From IMG/VR virus record IMGVR_UViG_3300037042_007115: a stretch of DNA of 64,000 bases; one strand, 5' to 3'. Positions 20,201 to 29,566 of this stretch are shown one piece after another. The translations under genes and the position numbers were made by a program. How positions within the stretch are numbered: the stretch's first letter is position 1; each line of letters begins with the position of its first letter. The notes beneath the pieces were generated by a model, which was given only the letters and a program-made list of their open reading frames with translations, searched no databases and had not been told where the DNA came from. Source of the DNA: a virus (Duplodnaviria > Heunggongvirae > Uroviricota > Caudoviricetes).

Positions 20201-23200
20201 CCCTAAGAACTTTCTTTTGTGGTATAGCATCAGGGGCCATTGATGCCTGCCACTCCACCCTACCTGTCCCCCTATTCTTATTTATACCCCTAATAATTTG
20301 AGTATCTATTCCAAAGTCTTGATAAACCTTCCTATAAACAACTTTGCTAGATTCATCTAAAGCTTTTGCGATTTTTGCAAAAGCTTTAGGATTAGTTATG
20401 ACCATAGACCCATCGGGGCCCACACTGTATGCTGTCTTTTTAATTTCAAACATATTATTAAATGCATTTTGCAACTCAACATTACTTAACCTAACAGGAT
20501 CAATTCCATAGTAAGATCTAACCCCGGCCCTTGCTTGAATCACTTTAAGATCCAATATTTGCTGTGGTGAAAGCTTGACGTCTCCCTTCCCTTTAATAAG
20601 ACGAATTACCCCATTAGGTGTTACTGTATAAGCTGAGGTTTGTCCCGGATTAGAAAGTAATGCTTCAATATCAGTTATTGAGGCATGACTTGCGGCTCGC
20701 TCCGAAGCAGGTAGTAATACCGGATTCTCTACAGATCTAATAGGATGATTATGAGCATCTGTCTTGATTGTTATTCCTCTCTCCGGGTCAAATTGCCGAG
20801 TAACCCTAGTAGCAGAACTAATCTCAATATCAGGAATTATGGTAACCCCGGTTGGAGATTTGCTTATACTATGCTCAACTCTAGTAGTCCGGTCCATCAA
20901 CTCAATAACATGTTCTGGTAATGGTGTTGAACGCCCAGAAGAAGCTTTAAACTTCACGGCAGTACGAGCTGAAGCAGGTCTTACTACTCTAGATGCTCCA
21001 GAAGGTCTTAAAACTACTTTATTTCCAGCCACACGATTTATTTCTGCCAACTGAGCCGGAGTTCTTACCCCACCAAGTGCATCTGACATAGCTTTTGCTT
21101 TTGCTTGTGAGACAAAATCTTTAACGGAAGTCCCTGGCTTTACTTCTATACCCAACTCTTTACCTGCCCCAGCTAATGCATCTGTCATTGCTTTTGATTT
21201 TGCTTGAGCAATAAAATCCTTAACAGTACTACCGGGTTTTACCTCTATGCCTAACTCCCGACCTGCTCCAGCTAGTGCTGCATCGGTCGACTGAGCTTTT
21301 ACCCCGGTAATTGCTTCTCTAATAAAATTACGCGGAGTCACTTGAGGCTTAGCTTTAACTATAGTCTTTGCCCGGTTTATAATTAACATATAGTCTATAC
21401 CATTAGGACCAAAATCAATCGCATCATAGCCTAATATTTGAGCAAACCTCCCATCATTAAGAAGGATTTTTTTCTCCCTAAGAATCTGATCAGCTTGGCT
21501 AGGATTCTTCCTTTCATATGCATCCATTTGTTTATACCAAGCTTCTTTCTGCATACGCAAATCAGTAATTTTAACAACTTTAGCATCTTTAGCTAAGGTC
21601 ATCTCCATAAGATTAGCAGAGTTGTCGACATTTTTTATAGGGTTTTTTGCGTACATAGAAGCAATCTTTTCTGCATCTGCACCATAAGCAGTATAAGTAC
21701 CACTACCTACACCCCCCTGCCTAACCACATTCTTTTTTCCTTCAACAAAAGCTCGTATATTTTTCTCTTCAGCTACCCCACGAAGAAGCCTTATACTACC
21801 AGAATTAACCTGTGCCTCAAAAGTAGCAGCATCAACTACTTTTGGAGGAAGATCTGCTCCTGCTTCTCGCATTAGTAAATCCATTGCTGGGTCATATACA
21901 GCATTATGAGGATCTATATCTCTGAAGCGAGGCCGGGTAATCTTCTTTAAAACAGCACTCTCAGCCGAACGCCCAACATCTACTGCTAGTGGAGGACCAA
22001 AAGGTAATGGACCAGTCTTTATTGTCCTTGACCCAATATCTGTAACTTCTCCAAGAACTTTTACTACTGCTCCTTGGTTTTCTGGTATATTCCAGGTCCT
22101 ACTGGGATCTACAAACTTATTCTTCCCTAGCCCAAACACCGCTTTAATTTTCTGGCCGGTAGTGGTCGCTTGGCCCCAACGATACCCGGTACGGTCTGCA
22201 GTAGCAAAAGCCTTCTCAAAGTTTGAGGGGTTGTCAAGTAAAGCCGTCTTCAAAACTTTAATTGGGTGCTTCCAAGAATATATAGGTTCAATATTCATGT
22301 GTTTTTCAACAGCACCCGCTACCTGGGCAACCTCAGCAGGTGTAAAACCCTTCATTGATTCTGGAAGATAATAACCCCTACGTATAACTTCTGCAGCAGC
22401 CTTACCGTGTGAGAAGGGAATAGTATCTATATCAGAAACTTTAGCTAAGTCATGTGCAATAGCTGTAGCTTTTATTACTTTAGGTGAAACCTCACTTTTT
22501 AGTGTTGGGCTACTCCACATCTGATCTAGTGCACCCTTCTCAACAGCAGCAATATGAGCCCGCCCGTGTGCCTGATGAGACCAGGGGAGTTCATAGGCTT
22601 TACCTTGAAGTTGTAAATCTTTGAATGCCATGTCTTGTGCATGGGATTTAAGGTAGCTCTCTGTAGCAGTACGAGTATATGCTCTATTCTCAGCCAAAGT
22701 CTGCCCTAAAGTTTCAGTTATTGGTGCTTGAGTACCAAACCTCACCTTGCGAATAGGTACCCCTGACTCAGTGTATCCTGCAAATGCGGTACTAGTAACC
22801 CGGCTAGATAAAGGATTATTCTTACCATAAACTACTAACATTTCAGCTTCAGGGTAAGTACTAGCAAAAGCACGTTTTGGTGAAAGAGTTACTACGGGTT
22901 GACCAATTCTATCTGCTTTTGCTTGAGCTTTATCCAGGAGTTTCTTATATAAAGGAAGATCTAGACCCTCTGGTCTAGCAGCTTGAAGTTTAACAAGGTT
23001 TTTCTCTGCCGCGGTTAACTCAGAAGCAACAGTTTGCAAATTCTCAAACCTATTAATCTCAGAACCTATAAGAATACCCTCATTCTTAGAAATAAACTTC
23101 TCACCAATATTTCGCTGTAAAACCTTCCCCGTACCCCCCTCTACACTACTGGGATTAACAAAGGTCCCCTCAGTACTCGCAATCTCCCGAGCCGCAGGAG

Positions 23201-26200
23201 AACTTCGTTGAGCCAGAGGCATATTCTTTTCTCCCAACTCAGTCTTAAAGTAATCCCAAGTTCCCCCAAGCTTTTGTTTCAAGTTAGAATAAGCACTATT
23301 TCTAGTAGCTGTCTGCATATCCTGAATAACGGGCTTATCAAGAACATCAGCAATTGCTCGAGCAGGATCAGCACGAGGAATTCCGTGTGGTTCATTTAAT
23401 CTGGGGCGAGCAGTCACTGTAGAAGTATCAACAACACCAGTAGGAGAACCAGTAACTTTGAATACTTTACGGGATAACGGAGAAATAGCTCTTGTACCTA
23501 CCTTCTCTAAGCCTCCCATGGTCACAGCGGCTCCGGCCATACTCCAAGCAAAATCCTTGGGGTTAGTAGTAGCTTGCTCCCAAACTTGCCCAGGCATTGC
23601 ATATAGTGCTGCACCAGTAATTACTGCAGCTTGAACTGGATTCTTGGCCGCTAATTCAACAGCAACAGGAAGAAGGCCCCCGGTATATGCAAGAGTACCA
23701 GGAACATCTCTAATTATAATATTGCCTCCATGAATAAGCTCCTGTGTTCCAGCTTTAACTAACCCGTCAGGCATTTGACTTAATGACCTATTCTGGCCCT
23801 CTTCCATCTTGACCATGCCTCGATTAACCGCAGAAGTAAATTCTTTCATGCCAGTCCAAACCCAACCGGTACGAAGTCCCTGAGCTTTTTCCTTTTCATC
23901 CCAGTATTCACCCCGGAGAACCTTCTGATCCTGGGTATTAACTGCATCAGACATCTCTTTATAAGCCTTATTCCTAGCCGCTGATTCCTCCGATGACTGG
24001 GAAGCGGGAAGTCCCTTTATTTGTTCCAGGGCTATGTCATAATCAGCACGCATCTGTTTCTGAGTCGCCAATTCTGCCTCAGTAGACTTTAAATCTGCGG
24101 GCCTAGAAAATTCCCTGGGTTTAAAGGTAGACATAATCACATTGGGAACATTGATGGCAGCTTGTAACGGAGTTACCCCGAATTTCCAATTCTTTTCATC
24201 TGCTCTTTGCCCCACCATAACTCCTTCCCAGGTACGTCCCGCAGTCCCGAAAGTAGCATCTCTTATCTTATCCATTATTCCCCCGAATATAACAGTTTTC
24301 TGTGGGGGAGTCCCTGAAGTCGAAGCAGGAGAAACTGCGGGAGTCGAAGCAGGGGAAACTGCGGGAGCCATAGCCGGAGTCATCTGAGGTCCAAATCCTA
24401 CTCTAGAGCCGTCGTCGGTCTGAGCAGCAGTTACTATAAATGGGTTCCACCTATTTATAGATTTATTAACATCTTGAATTGCATCCCAAACTGGATTAGT
24501 TGTTTTCTTAGGAGTAAACCCTACAGTATCTGCTTTAGTTTGAGTTGGAACAAATGTCTGTGTTGGGGTAGACACAGATGCGTTGGCTGCCTTTAAGGGT
24601 CCTCGTTGAGGCATGGGAGTTAATCCAGTACCGGCAGGAGCTTGACCTGCTTGCGCCCCTACTGGTGGAGCAAATGCTCCCCTACCCTTTTCTCCTACCC
24701 TAAGACCCGCGGGCCCGCCAAGACTTAACTCTTGGATTCCCCAAGGTAAGTTTTTACTTCCTATACCTTGATAGGGATTGTTCTTCCCCAATAAAGCGGG
24801 ATTTCCCTGAGGAGTTTTTAGTGCAGATATTAGGTCGGACACGGATGCGTCATAGTCCGGCATCTTCGCAGGAAGAACTGTGTATTTAGCATAAACGGGA
24901 TTGTTCCTAGCATTATTAACAGCATTTGCTAGATAAATATCCCCGCCTTGAGTTGCCTGCTCTAAGACCGCATTACCCCCAGTTAAGTCGCCCCAGAACT
25001 TGGTGTTGGGTGTTCCGCCAGTCATGTCCTGGTGAACGATTTCTGATTTAATAAGTGCTCGATCGGCTACGGCTTCATGGTCGTTGTAGGGAATCCAAAT
25101 GTTTTCCTTGATAGTATAGTGGTGAAGTTCACTAGAGTCTCTCTGCTTATTATAGTAGATGTGGTCAAGTTCTGTCTCTAAACTATTTTTTTGCCGTTCA
25201 GTAAGACCCCCTTGAGCCAGCTTCCCTATGGCCTCTTTCTCGGTCATAGTAGTTATATATCTCTCACCCTCTGGAACAACCAGCTTAGTTGGGTCTCCTA
25301 CCATTTTTAAGCCCTTATACCCCGGGGCCATACTATCGTAATAATCGGCTGCCTGAGCTGCTTGTTGTTTCTGTGCCTCAGTAAGTGATTCTCCGGGAGC
25401 ATATTCTCTATTTCGGGGTTCTGGGGCACCCTCCGTACCCACTAGCGGAGGAGTACGTTCAGTCATACTAACTCCTTCGACAACACCTGTTCCTGCTCCT
25501 AGAGCAACAGGAACTACAGCTGATTTAATTGGGCCGGGAGAATAATCCGCTCCGGCCTTTTTATAGGGGAACGTAGATTCTGGAGATTTAGGTTGAAATA
25601 AAGTCTTTGCTGCAAAATTTCCAAGGGCTGCAGCACCCAATAATGGTAAACCCATTGGTCCAGCCACTGCTGCTAAAGGAATTACAGCTAGTGCGGGCCA
25701 GGATACCCCAGAAGCCGGGGCTTGTGCCGGAGTAGACACAGAAGCCGGGGCTTGTGCCGGAGTAGACACAGATGCTGGCCCTGATCCAAATGGGTTCCAC
25801 TTGTTTATAGATTTATTAGCATCTTGAATTGTCCTTCCAAGGGCTGCAGCACCCAATAATGGTAAACCCATTGGTCCTAGGGCAGAGCCCCCAATTGCAG
25901 CTAAAGCGGGCCAGGATACCCCTTCCCAAGATGTCCCTACGCGGGGGACCGGAGTAAACCCTACAGTATCTGCTTTAACTTGGGTTGGCATAACCGTTTG
26001 TCGTGGGGCAGTAACTAAAGAACCCGCCCGATTAATCTGTCCTAGAATTGGTATGCTGCCCAACCCTGAATTAATCTTACTAATATCCTGGGCCCGTTGA
26101 ACAGGCGCTGCTGTAACGGCTGAACCCATTCTATTAATGGTACTAAGACCGGGTATTTGTTGGAAAATACTATTTCCTTTAGATAAAAAACTCTCTACTG

Positions 26201-26798
26201 AACTTCCTTGTGCTGCCCTCGGGGATACTTGAGCAGCAAAAGGTTTCCCTACGCTAAGAATATCTAATTTTACAGGAGTTGCAAAAGAAAGAGGAGCACC
26301 CAGGGGCCCAACAAAAGGGGCCGCAGACTTAGTAACAGCAACTTGCCCAGTATTAGAAAATGCTGGTCCGGCTACTCTTCCTACATCCTGAAGGGTCCTA
26401 CCCGCGGCTTGTTTTCCTATTTCCAATGCACTAGTAATGGGTTTACTCATAACAGAGAGAGAATTAAGCCCCCTGGATATGGGTTGAGCTGCAGTAGCTA
26501 CTTGACGCCAGCTAGAATCAAGGGTATTACTAAAAACTTGCCTACCCCCAATATAAGCAACAGCGGCTGGAGCAACCCAAGGGTTAGATCCGCCGCCTCC
26601 ACCGCCTCCGCCACCCCCACCATATGAACTACCCCCGCTACCAGACCCGGGACTACCCCCGCCACCACTACTGGGCCTGTAGGGAGCAACAACATTTTGA
26701 ATTGTAGAAGTTACTGCCGCAGTTCCTTGACCGATTACTCCTCCCACATATTGAGCGACCTGATTAATCGGTGTTGTGATAAAATCCCAAAAGCCCAT
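17238..26798 (-). CDS. 3186-aa multidomain polyvalent-type protein (HD hydrolase, ART-like, JAB-like, GAP1-N2-like domains plus low-complexity repeats)
   Basis: GGAGG SD; uninterrupted ORF; motifs HGRAH..AHDLAK..HG..KH..ADR, GSGTYTA..GYDAI..LIINR, HNHP..SITD, GRKGSYVSHAYVV. Confidence 0.9.
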   Translation of the reverse strand: MGFWDFITTPINQVAQYVGGVIGQGTAAVTSTIQNVVAPYRPSSGGGGSPGSGSGGSSYGGGGGGGGGGGSNPWVAPAAVAYIGGRQVFSNTLDSSWRQVATAAQPISRGLNSLSVMSKPITSALEIGKQAAGRTLQDVGRVAGPAFSNTGQVAVTKSAAPFVGPLGAPLSFATPVKLDILSVGKPFAAQVSPRAAQGSSVESFLSKGNSIFQQIPGLSTINRMGSAVTAAPVQRAQDISKINSGLGSIPILGQINRAGSLVTAPRQTVMPTQVKADTVGFTPVPRVGTSWEGVSWPALAAIGGSALGPMGLPLLGAAALGRTIQDANKSINKWNPFGSGPASVSTPAQAPASVSTPAQAPASGVSWPALAVIPLAAVAGPMGLPLLGAAALGNFAAKTLFQPKSPESTFPYKKAGADYSPGPIKSAVVPVALGAGTGVVEGVSMTERTPPLVGTEGAPEPRNREYAPGESLTEAQKQQAAQAADYYDSMAPGYKGLKMVGDPTKLVVPEGERYITTMTEKEAIGKLAQGGLTERQKNSLETELDHIYYNKQRDSSELHHYTIKENIWIPYNDHEAVADRALIKSEIVHQDMTGGTPNTKFWGDLTGGNAVLEQATQGGDIYLANAVNNARNNPVYAKYTVLPAKMPDYDASVSDLISALKTPQGNPALLGKNNPYQGIGSKNLPWGIQELSLGGPAGLRVGEKGRGAFAPPVGAQAGQAPAGTGLTPMPQRGPLKAANASVSTPTQTFVPTQTKADTVGFTPKKTTNPVWDAIQDVNKSINRWNPFIVTAAQTDDGSRVGFGPQMTPAMAPAVSPASTPAVSPASTSGTPPQKTVIFGGIMDKIRDATFGTAGRTWEGVMVGQRADEKNWKFGVTPLQAAINVPNVIMSTFKPREFSRPADLKSTEAELATQKQMRADYDIALEQIKGLPASQSSEESAARNKAYKEMSDAVNTQDQKVLRGEYWDEKEKAQGLRTGWVWTGMKEFTSAVNRGMVKMEEGQNRSLSQMPDGLVKAGTQELIHGGNIIIRDVPGTLAYTGGLLPVAVELAAKNPVQAAVITGAALYAMPGQVWEQATTNPKDFAWSMAGAAVTMGGLEKVGTRAISPLSRKVFKVTGSPTGVVDTSTVTARPRLNEPHGIPRADPARAIADVLDKPVIQDMQTATRNSAYSNLKQKLGGTWDYFKTELGEKNMPLAQRSSPAAREIASTEGTFVNPSSVEGGTGKVLQRNIGEKFISKNEGILIGSEINRFENLQTVASELTAAEKNLVKLQAARPEGLDLPLYKKLLDKAQAKADRIGQPVVTLSPKRAFASTYPEAEMLVVYGKNNPLSSRVTSTAFAGYTESGVPIRKVRFGTQAPITETLGQTLAENRAYTRTATESYLKSHAQDMAFKDLQLQGKAYELPWSHQAHGRAHIAAVEKGALDQMWSSPTLKSEVSPKVIKATAIAHDLAKVSDIDTIPFSHGKAAAEVIRRGYYLPESMKGFTPAEVAQVAGAVEKHMNIEPIYSWKHPIKVLKTALLDNPSNFEKAFATADRTGYRWGQATTTGQKIKAVFGLGKNKFVDPSRTWNIPENQGAVVKVLGEVTDIGSRTIKTGPLPFGPPLAVDVGRSAESAVLKKITRPRFRDIDPHNAVYDPAMDLLMREAGADLPPKVVDAATFEAQVNSGSIRLLRGVAEEKNIRAFVEGKKNVVRQGGVGSGTYTAYGADAEKIASMYAKNPIKNVDNSANLMEMTLAKDAKVVKITDLRMQKEAWYKQMDAYERKNPSQADQILREKKILLNDGRFAQILGYDAIDFGPNGIDYMLIINRAKTIVKAKPQVTPRNFIREAITGVKAQSTDAALAGAGRELGIEVKPGSTVKDFIAQAKSKAMTDALAGAGKELGIEVKPGTSVKDFVSQAKAKAMSDALGGVRTPAQLAEINRVAGNKVVLRPSGASRVVRPASARTAVKFKASSGRSTPLPEHVIELMDRTTRVEHSISKSPTGVTIIPDIEISSATRVTRQFDPERGITIKTDAHNHPIRSVENPVLLPASERAASHASITDIEALLSNPGQTSAYTVTPNGVIRLIKGKGDVKLSPQQILDLKVIQARAGVRSYYGIDPVRLSNVELQNAFNNMFEIKKTAYSVGPDGSMVITNPKAFAKIAKALDESSKVVYRKVYQDFGIDTQIIRGINKNRGTGRVEWQASMAPDAIPQKKVLRVFTPQELLAQKQALGVAGKEIGLKEPLAQAERINQVREDAFKPLSEGGSGLKEPQVSPRNFIREAITGVKAQSTDAALAGAGRELGIEVKPGSTVKDFIAQAKAKAMSDALGEVRTPAQVSDLATKTAIAKKLGIVRKPGTSSLQFVEQVNQALARIDDATGIKPPTGVAAPKPSTPRTIEAINQEILQVREAQSQGKIRYKEGYAQQKILSDELFTAELARDALVKEAKVKSGTSFAEAQSARVRAAIEGGKRPVVEPVIPGGAGVPIPKPVVAEPVPIVKPGPNINPKNYPEFVFGNVEKVRSPNSVGGFQELGHTRGIVPSSELPLFEAQVSSGGKVGKYIKQVDLKPGQTELFEFRTKEGLRVVGQRTGVADVDVFGRKGSYVSHAYVVPEGPISSLGLKFASTTEEVLGAGARIKNIAKPVAKPVAKPVPVVKSKPGANPLVEFINSVSGKKPISSPVAKPVAKPVAKPVAKPVPVVKSKPGANPLVEFINSGSGKKPISSPVAKPVAKPVAKPVAKPVAKPVAKPVAKPVAAGDADWSGIPRPRTDGTIIVPEGYSLTPGQKLTLKGDGYIDLGNGVYRKPINVPTNTPGGKKPVSSLVDTSPFGIQRQKMYKRLDLLDADYKAGKLTKVEYLKQRYTLMDEGFVRMTEAERMDQAAKRAAKPKETAKSKPKEEYKPKPKEEYKPKPKEEYKPKEEYKPKEEYKPKEEYKPKEEYKPKEEYKPKEEYKPKEEYKPKEEYKPKEEYKPKDNYKLKDTYKPKEGYKPKDEYKPKDEYKPKDEYKLKDEYKPKDEYKPKDEYKPPKDEYIPPKDEYPPPKDEYIPPADDYKPKPPYEPIDDYIIRDRPPQTPPPPIGGGGGDGGGGSAGGGPRGSFAFREVTRIASVGQMMGRLNAGVKKLAKTGALPQVATVKQTIKTVVSPEKAVLRTAPMKFDTIKAPKVKVGTKVSQISSFGSDLGAIARRGPGLTKIAPKPFKVVPKRG
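17760..18175 (-). repeat. 18-bp tandem repeat encoding (KPKEEY)n and (KPKDEY)n
   Basis: Plus-strand unit TTTAGGCTTATATTCCTC repeated many times, degenerating leftward. Confidence 0.95.
18595..18935 (-). repeat. 12-bp tandem repeats encoding (AKPV)n in three blocks, separated by a duplicated spacer
   Basis: TTTAGCAACTGG units; spacer PVVKSKPGANPLVEFINSxSGKKPISS present twice. Confidence 0.9.
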
Positions 26799-26883
26799 TT
26801 AGCTCCTCCTTTTAATAAAACAAGACCAAACTAGAGTCAAAATAAATCACGGATCCCCTAATAATTAATATTATTAATCATAA

Positions 26884-26896
26884 CTTAGTATATAAA
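26884..26896 (-). promoter_or_regulatory. Archaeal TATA box upstream of the 3186-aa gene
   Basis: TTTATATA on the minus strand in the intergenic region. Confidence 0.5.
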
Positions 26897-26934
26897 ACTT
26901 GTCCTTACTATTCTGGACAATTCTGGGCAAAAAA

Positions 26935-27834
26935 TTAGAGATATTTCTCCCCGGGCCCAAGCAGGGAATCTTTCTTATAGTTGCGAATATCAGATAACTG
27001 CTCCATGTCCGGGTCTTTATCTTTAGACTTGCCTCTACCCTTACGGGGTTTCTCTTCATTAGCACCCGCAAGTCCCTCCCGCATCTCTTGAAGCATCTCA
27101 GTAACATACACATCCTTCCTTGCCTCATATGGGATCAGAAGTGAATTAGGCGGCTTCCTAAATCCCACTCTTGTAATCTTTCTCTTCTCATGCGTCACAG
27201 GGTCGTGTACACGGGGCAATGCACGAGTTACTATATCATTCCAATCATCCTCTGCACTGATGATATAATATGAAGCCCAACAAATATTATTTCTATAATC
27301 AATCTCCCTAGTCTTAATCCATAGATGGAATAGTCGACGTGCATTTTTATCAAGCATTGCTAAGTTAGGTAACGTAAAAATAGTTGGAATCTGAAGGTAC
27401 CTAAAGGTCTTAAGAATATTAGAGAAGAAAACATTTTTCTTAGATGAGCTTCTTCTTGCATCTAAGTCTACTCCTGCTTCATCAAAGATGATAACCTTAC
27501 CAGGCCCTAGCACTTCCATAATAGTAAGAAACTCCTCGACGGTAAAGACTACTTGGGCCGGTGTGAAAGTAGGATCAATTAACCTAGCAAACTCCAAAGC
27601 TGATAGACTTTTTCCTGTTCCCGTCTGACCGGTAATGACACACAGAAGGTTCTGGTTGCGTGCAAGCCTCTTACGGGCTAGACTTACTGGGTCCCACTTA
27701 AGGGAAAGATCCATATCTGGATTATTATATGAGCGATAAGTAGGCTTATCCCAACCCAGTGCCGCTAAGGCAGAGGGGGAAATAGGGTATGGGCTACTAA
27801 GAGCATCCATCACTGCGGTAGAAAACTGTGACAT
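26935..27834 (-). CDS. P-loop ATPase (299 aa), probable packaging/morphogenesis ATPase
   Basis: Walker A VITGQTGTGKS; Walker B IIFDEAG; located in the virion module. Confidence 0.85.
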   Translation of the reverse strand: MSQFSTAVMDALSSPYPISPSALAALGWDKPTYRSYNNPDMDLSLKWDPVSLARKRLARNQNLLCVITGQTGTGKSLSALEFARLIDPTFTPAQVVFTVEEFLTIMEVLGPGKVIIFDEAGVDLDARRSSSKKNVFFSNILKTFRYLQIPTIFTLPNLAMLDKNARRLFHLWIKTREIDYRNNICWASYYIISAEDDWNDIVTRALPRVHDPVTHEKRKITRVGFRKPPNSLLIPYEARKDVYVTEMLQEMREGLAGANEEKPRKGRGKSKDKDPDMEQLSDIRNYKKDSLLGPGEKYL

Positions 27835-28362
27835 CTAATCTTGCTCCATAGGTCCCATCCCGGTTGTGGGTGGAACATCATAGGTCCCACCTAGGATGAC
27901 TCCTTCTTCATCTCGCTCTTCTACTACAACTTCCTCAACATCCCTGAGTTGGCCTTCTCCTGCTACCGACTGAGCAGAACGTTCTCTGAGGATTCCTTTC
28001 TTGGATAAACACTTCGACATTAGGGAAAGAGTTTTAGAAGCTACACTGAAGGTTAAAGATACAACCTGATCTCTGCGAGCCTTCATCATTGCTGGTTTTG
28101 CTTCTCCCTCCTTAACAAGCTCCTTATACATTGCCTCTGCCCTAAGAAGAAGCATAATACGGTCTCTTTTTGCTGGCTCATCGATATAATCTTCTAGGAT
28201 GGACCATAGGGTTAAAACCTGAAAGTAATAATTATCAGCATTTTTCTGATAATCTAAGTCCAGGGAAGTACGAATCTTTGCAGCAGACTGGCTGAGGTCT
28301 AACATATACCTGAAGACTACATCTTCAAGGGTAATTTTTTCACTTGCAGATTGTGCCATCAT
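27835..28362 (-). CDS. Hypothetical protein (175 aa)
   Basis: ORF track; coupled to ATPase and upstream gene. Confidence 0.75.
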   Translation of the reverse strand: MMAQSASEKITLEDVVFRYMLDLSQSAAKIRTSLDLDYQKNADNYYFQVLTLWSILEDYIDEPAKRDRIMLLLRAEAMYKELVKEGEAKPAMMKARRDQVVSLTFSVASKTLSLMSKCLSKKGILRERSAQSVAGEGQLRDVEEVVVEERDEEGVILGGTYDVPPTTGMGPMEQD

Positions 28363-28940
28363 GCCACCTTGTCTCTATCACGTTTTCTCTTTCTTACTCG
28401 AACAGACGGCACCGTGCCTGCTGCCACAGGTGTGATGCTGGGTCCGGGTACTGGCCCATTCGCAATCTGTTCTGCTTTGAGTTTATCTGCAGCATCTGCT
28501 GCCGCTATCTTGTCTTTCGCAGCAAGCAAATCAAAATCAAAAAGGAAGGGGGGTGCAACATGCTCTTCGAATAGTTGTAGGAGACCAAGATTTCCTAAGC
28601 TATTAATAACTTTCTCAGCCAAAGCAATACCAGTCTTACGGGTAACAGCATTATTACCTGCCCCCACTTCACTACTATCCGCTATCCACTTAGAAATCTC
28701 TACAGAAAGCTCTTTAGGAATTAAGGTACTCGTAAGATTATATACCTCAATAAAAACGCTATAGAAAGAAGAGAAAGTTTTCTTTGATAAATCGGAACTG
28801 TAGTGGAGATCTGCAATAAGAAGGGAGCGTTGTCTGTTCAGCTCCACTACTAAACTGATGACAAGGTTGATAAGTTTAAGTCCACCTTGCGCGCCTGACT
28901 CTCCAGAGCCTCTTCCTGCAGATACATCTCCGTCGCCCAT
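28359..28940 (-). CDS. Hypothetical protein (193 aa)
   Basis: ORF track; ATGA overlap with next gene. Confidence 0.75.
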   Translation of the reverse strand: MGDGDVSAGRGSGESGAQGGLKLINLVISLVVELNRQRSLLIADLHYSSDLSKKTFSSFYSVFIEVYNLTSTLIPKELSVEISKWIADSSEVGAGNNAVTRKTGIALAEKVINSLGNLGLLQLFEEHVAPPFLFDFDLLAAKDKIAAADAADKLKAEQIANGPVPGPSITPVAAGTVPSVRVRKRKRDRDKVA

Positions 28941-28944
28941 TAAA

Positions 28945-29136
28945 TTACCTCTGGGTCAGACACAGGAGGTACTCGAACAAGAAGGTCTTGTCCTCATTGG
29001 GTGTATTATAAAAGATCTGGATAAGTTCCTCTGCATTCTTGGCGCGAGCACTATGGTTGGTACATTCACCCGGACGAACTAAGTGGTTCATCAGTCGGGT
29101 AGCTTCAAGTCTTTTGGACACTCTATTTTCTATCAT
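28945..29136 (-). CDS. Small hypothetical protein (63 aa)
   Basis: ORF track; packed in operon. Confidence 0.6.
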   Translation of the reverse strand: MIENRVSKRLEATRLMNHLVRPGECTNHSARAKNAEELIQIFYNTPNEDKTFLFEYLLCLTQR

Positions 29137-29310
29137 TTAGTTTCCCTTATTCTGACTTATGTCTGGGATCTTTACCATTCTTATGAATTGTGCCTGGACA
29201 TTCCAAACTATTGTGCCGGGTCCATACGCAATTTGGTAATCTAATATCTCAGTCATTAAATCTCTCTGTAATTCGAGGATTCTTTTTTCAGCTTCTTGTT
29301 GCGTAGACAT
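29137..29310 (-). CDS. Small hypothetical protein (57 aa), below ORF-track cutoff
   Basis: MSTQQEAEKRILELQRDL..; GGAG SD; fills the operon gap exactly. Confidence 0.6.
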   Translation of the reverse strand: MSTQQEAEKRILELQRDLMTEILDYQIAYGPGTIVWNVQAQFIRMVKIPDISQNKGN

Positions 29311-29311
29311 T

Positions 29312-29566
29312 TTAATTCTCCTTTCTTTTAAATAAATTTAAGATTGGCTTCCTTACATCATATCCTAACATGGTCATAATACAAACCTCCCAGACTAAGA
29401 GCCCGCATAGAGCAATTAATATGGTGAATAGGCCGGGCATACAGATAAATACTTCTGGGCTACTTGCCGGGTAAGAGAACCCTACACATCGCGCAGGAAG
29501 AAATGGGTCTGTCCCGGATGAAAAGTATATGCAGAGATAGTCCCACCACATCTCAAAGTTTATCAT
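29312..29566 (-). CDS. Small membrane protein (84 aa)
   Basis: ORF track; one TM helix. Confidence 0.55.
   Translation of the reverse strand: MINFEMWWDYLCIYFSSGTDPFLPARCVGFSYPASSPEVFICMPGLFTILIALCGLLVWEVCIMTMLGYDVRKPILNLFKRKEN

Noticed and set aside
29299-29307. Extra TTGCGTAGA match to the Y-RNA motif
   Set aside because: It is antisense to a small CDS start and lacks the flanking GGG, TTACTTC and complementary strand, so it is likely chance.
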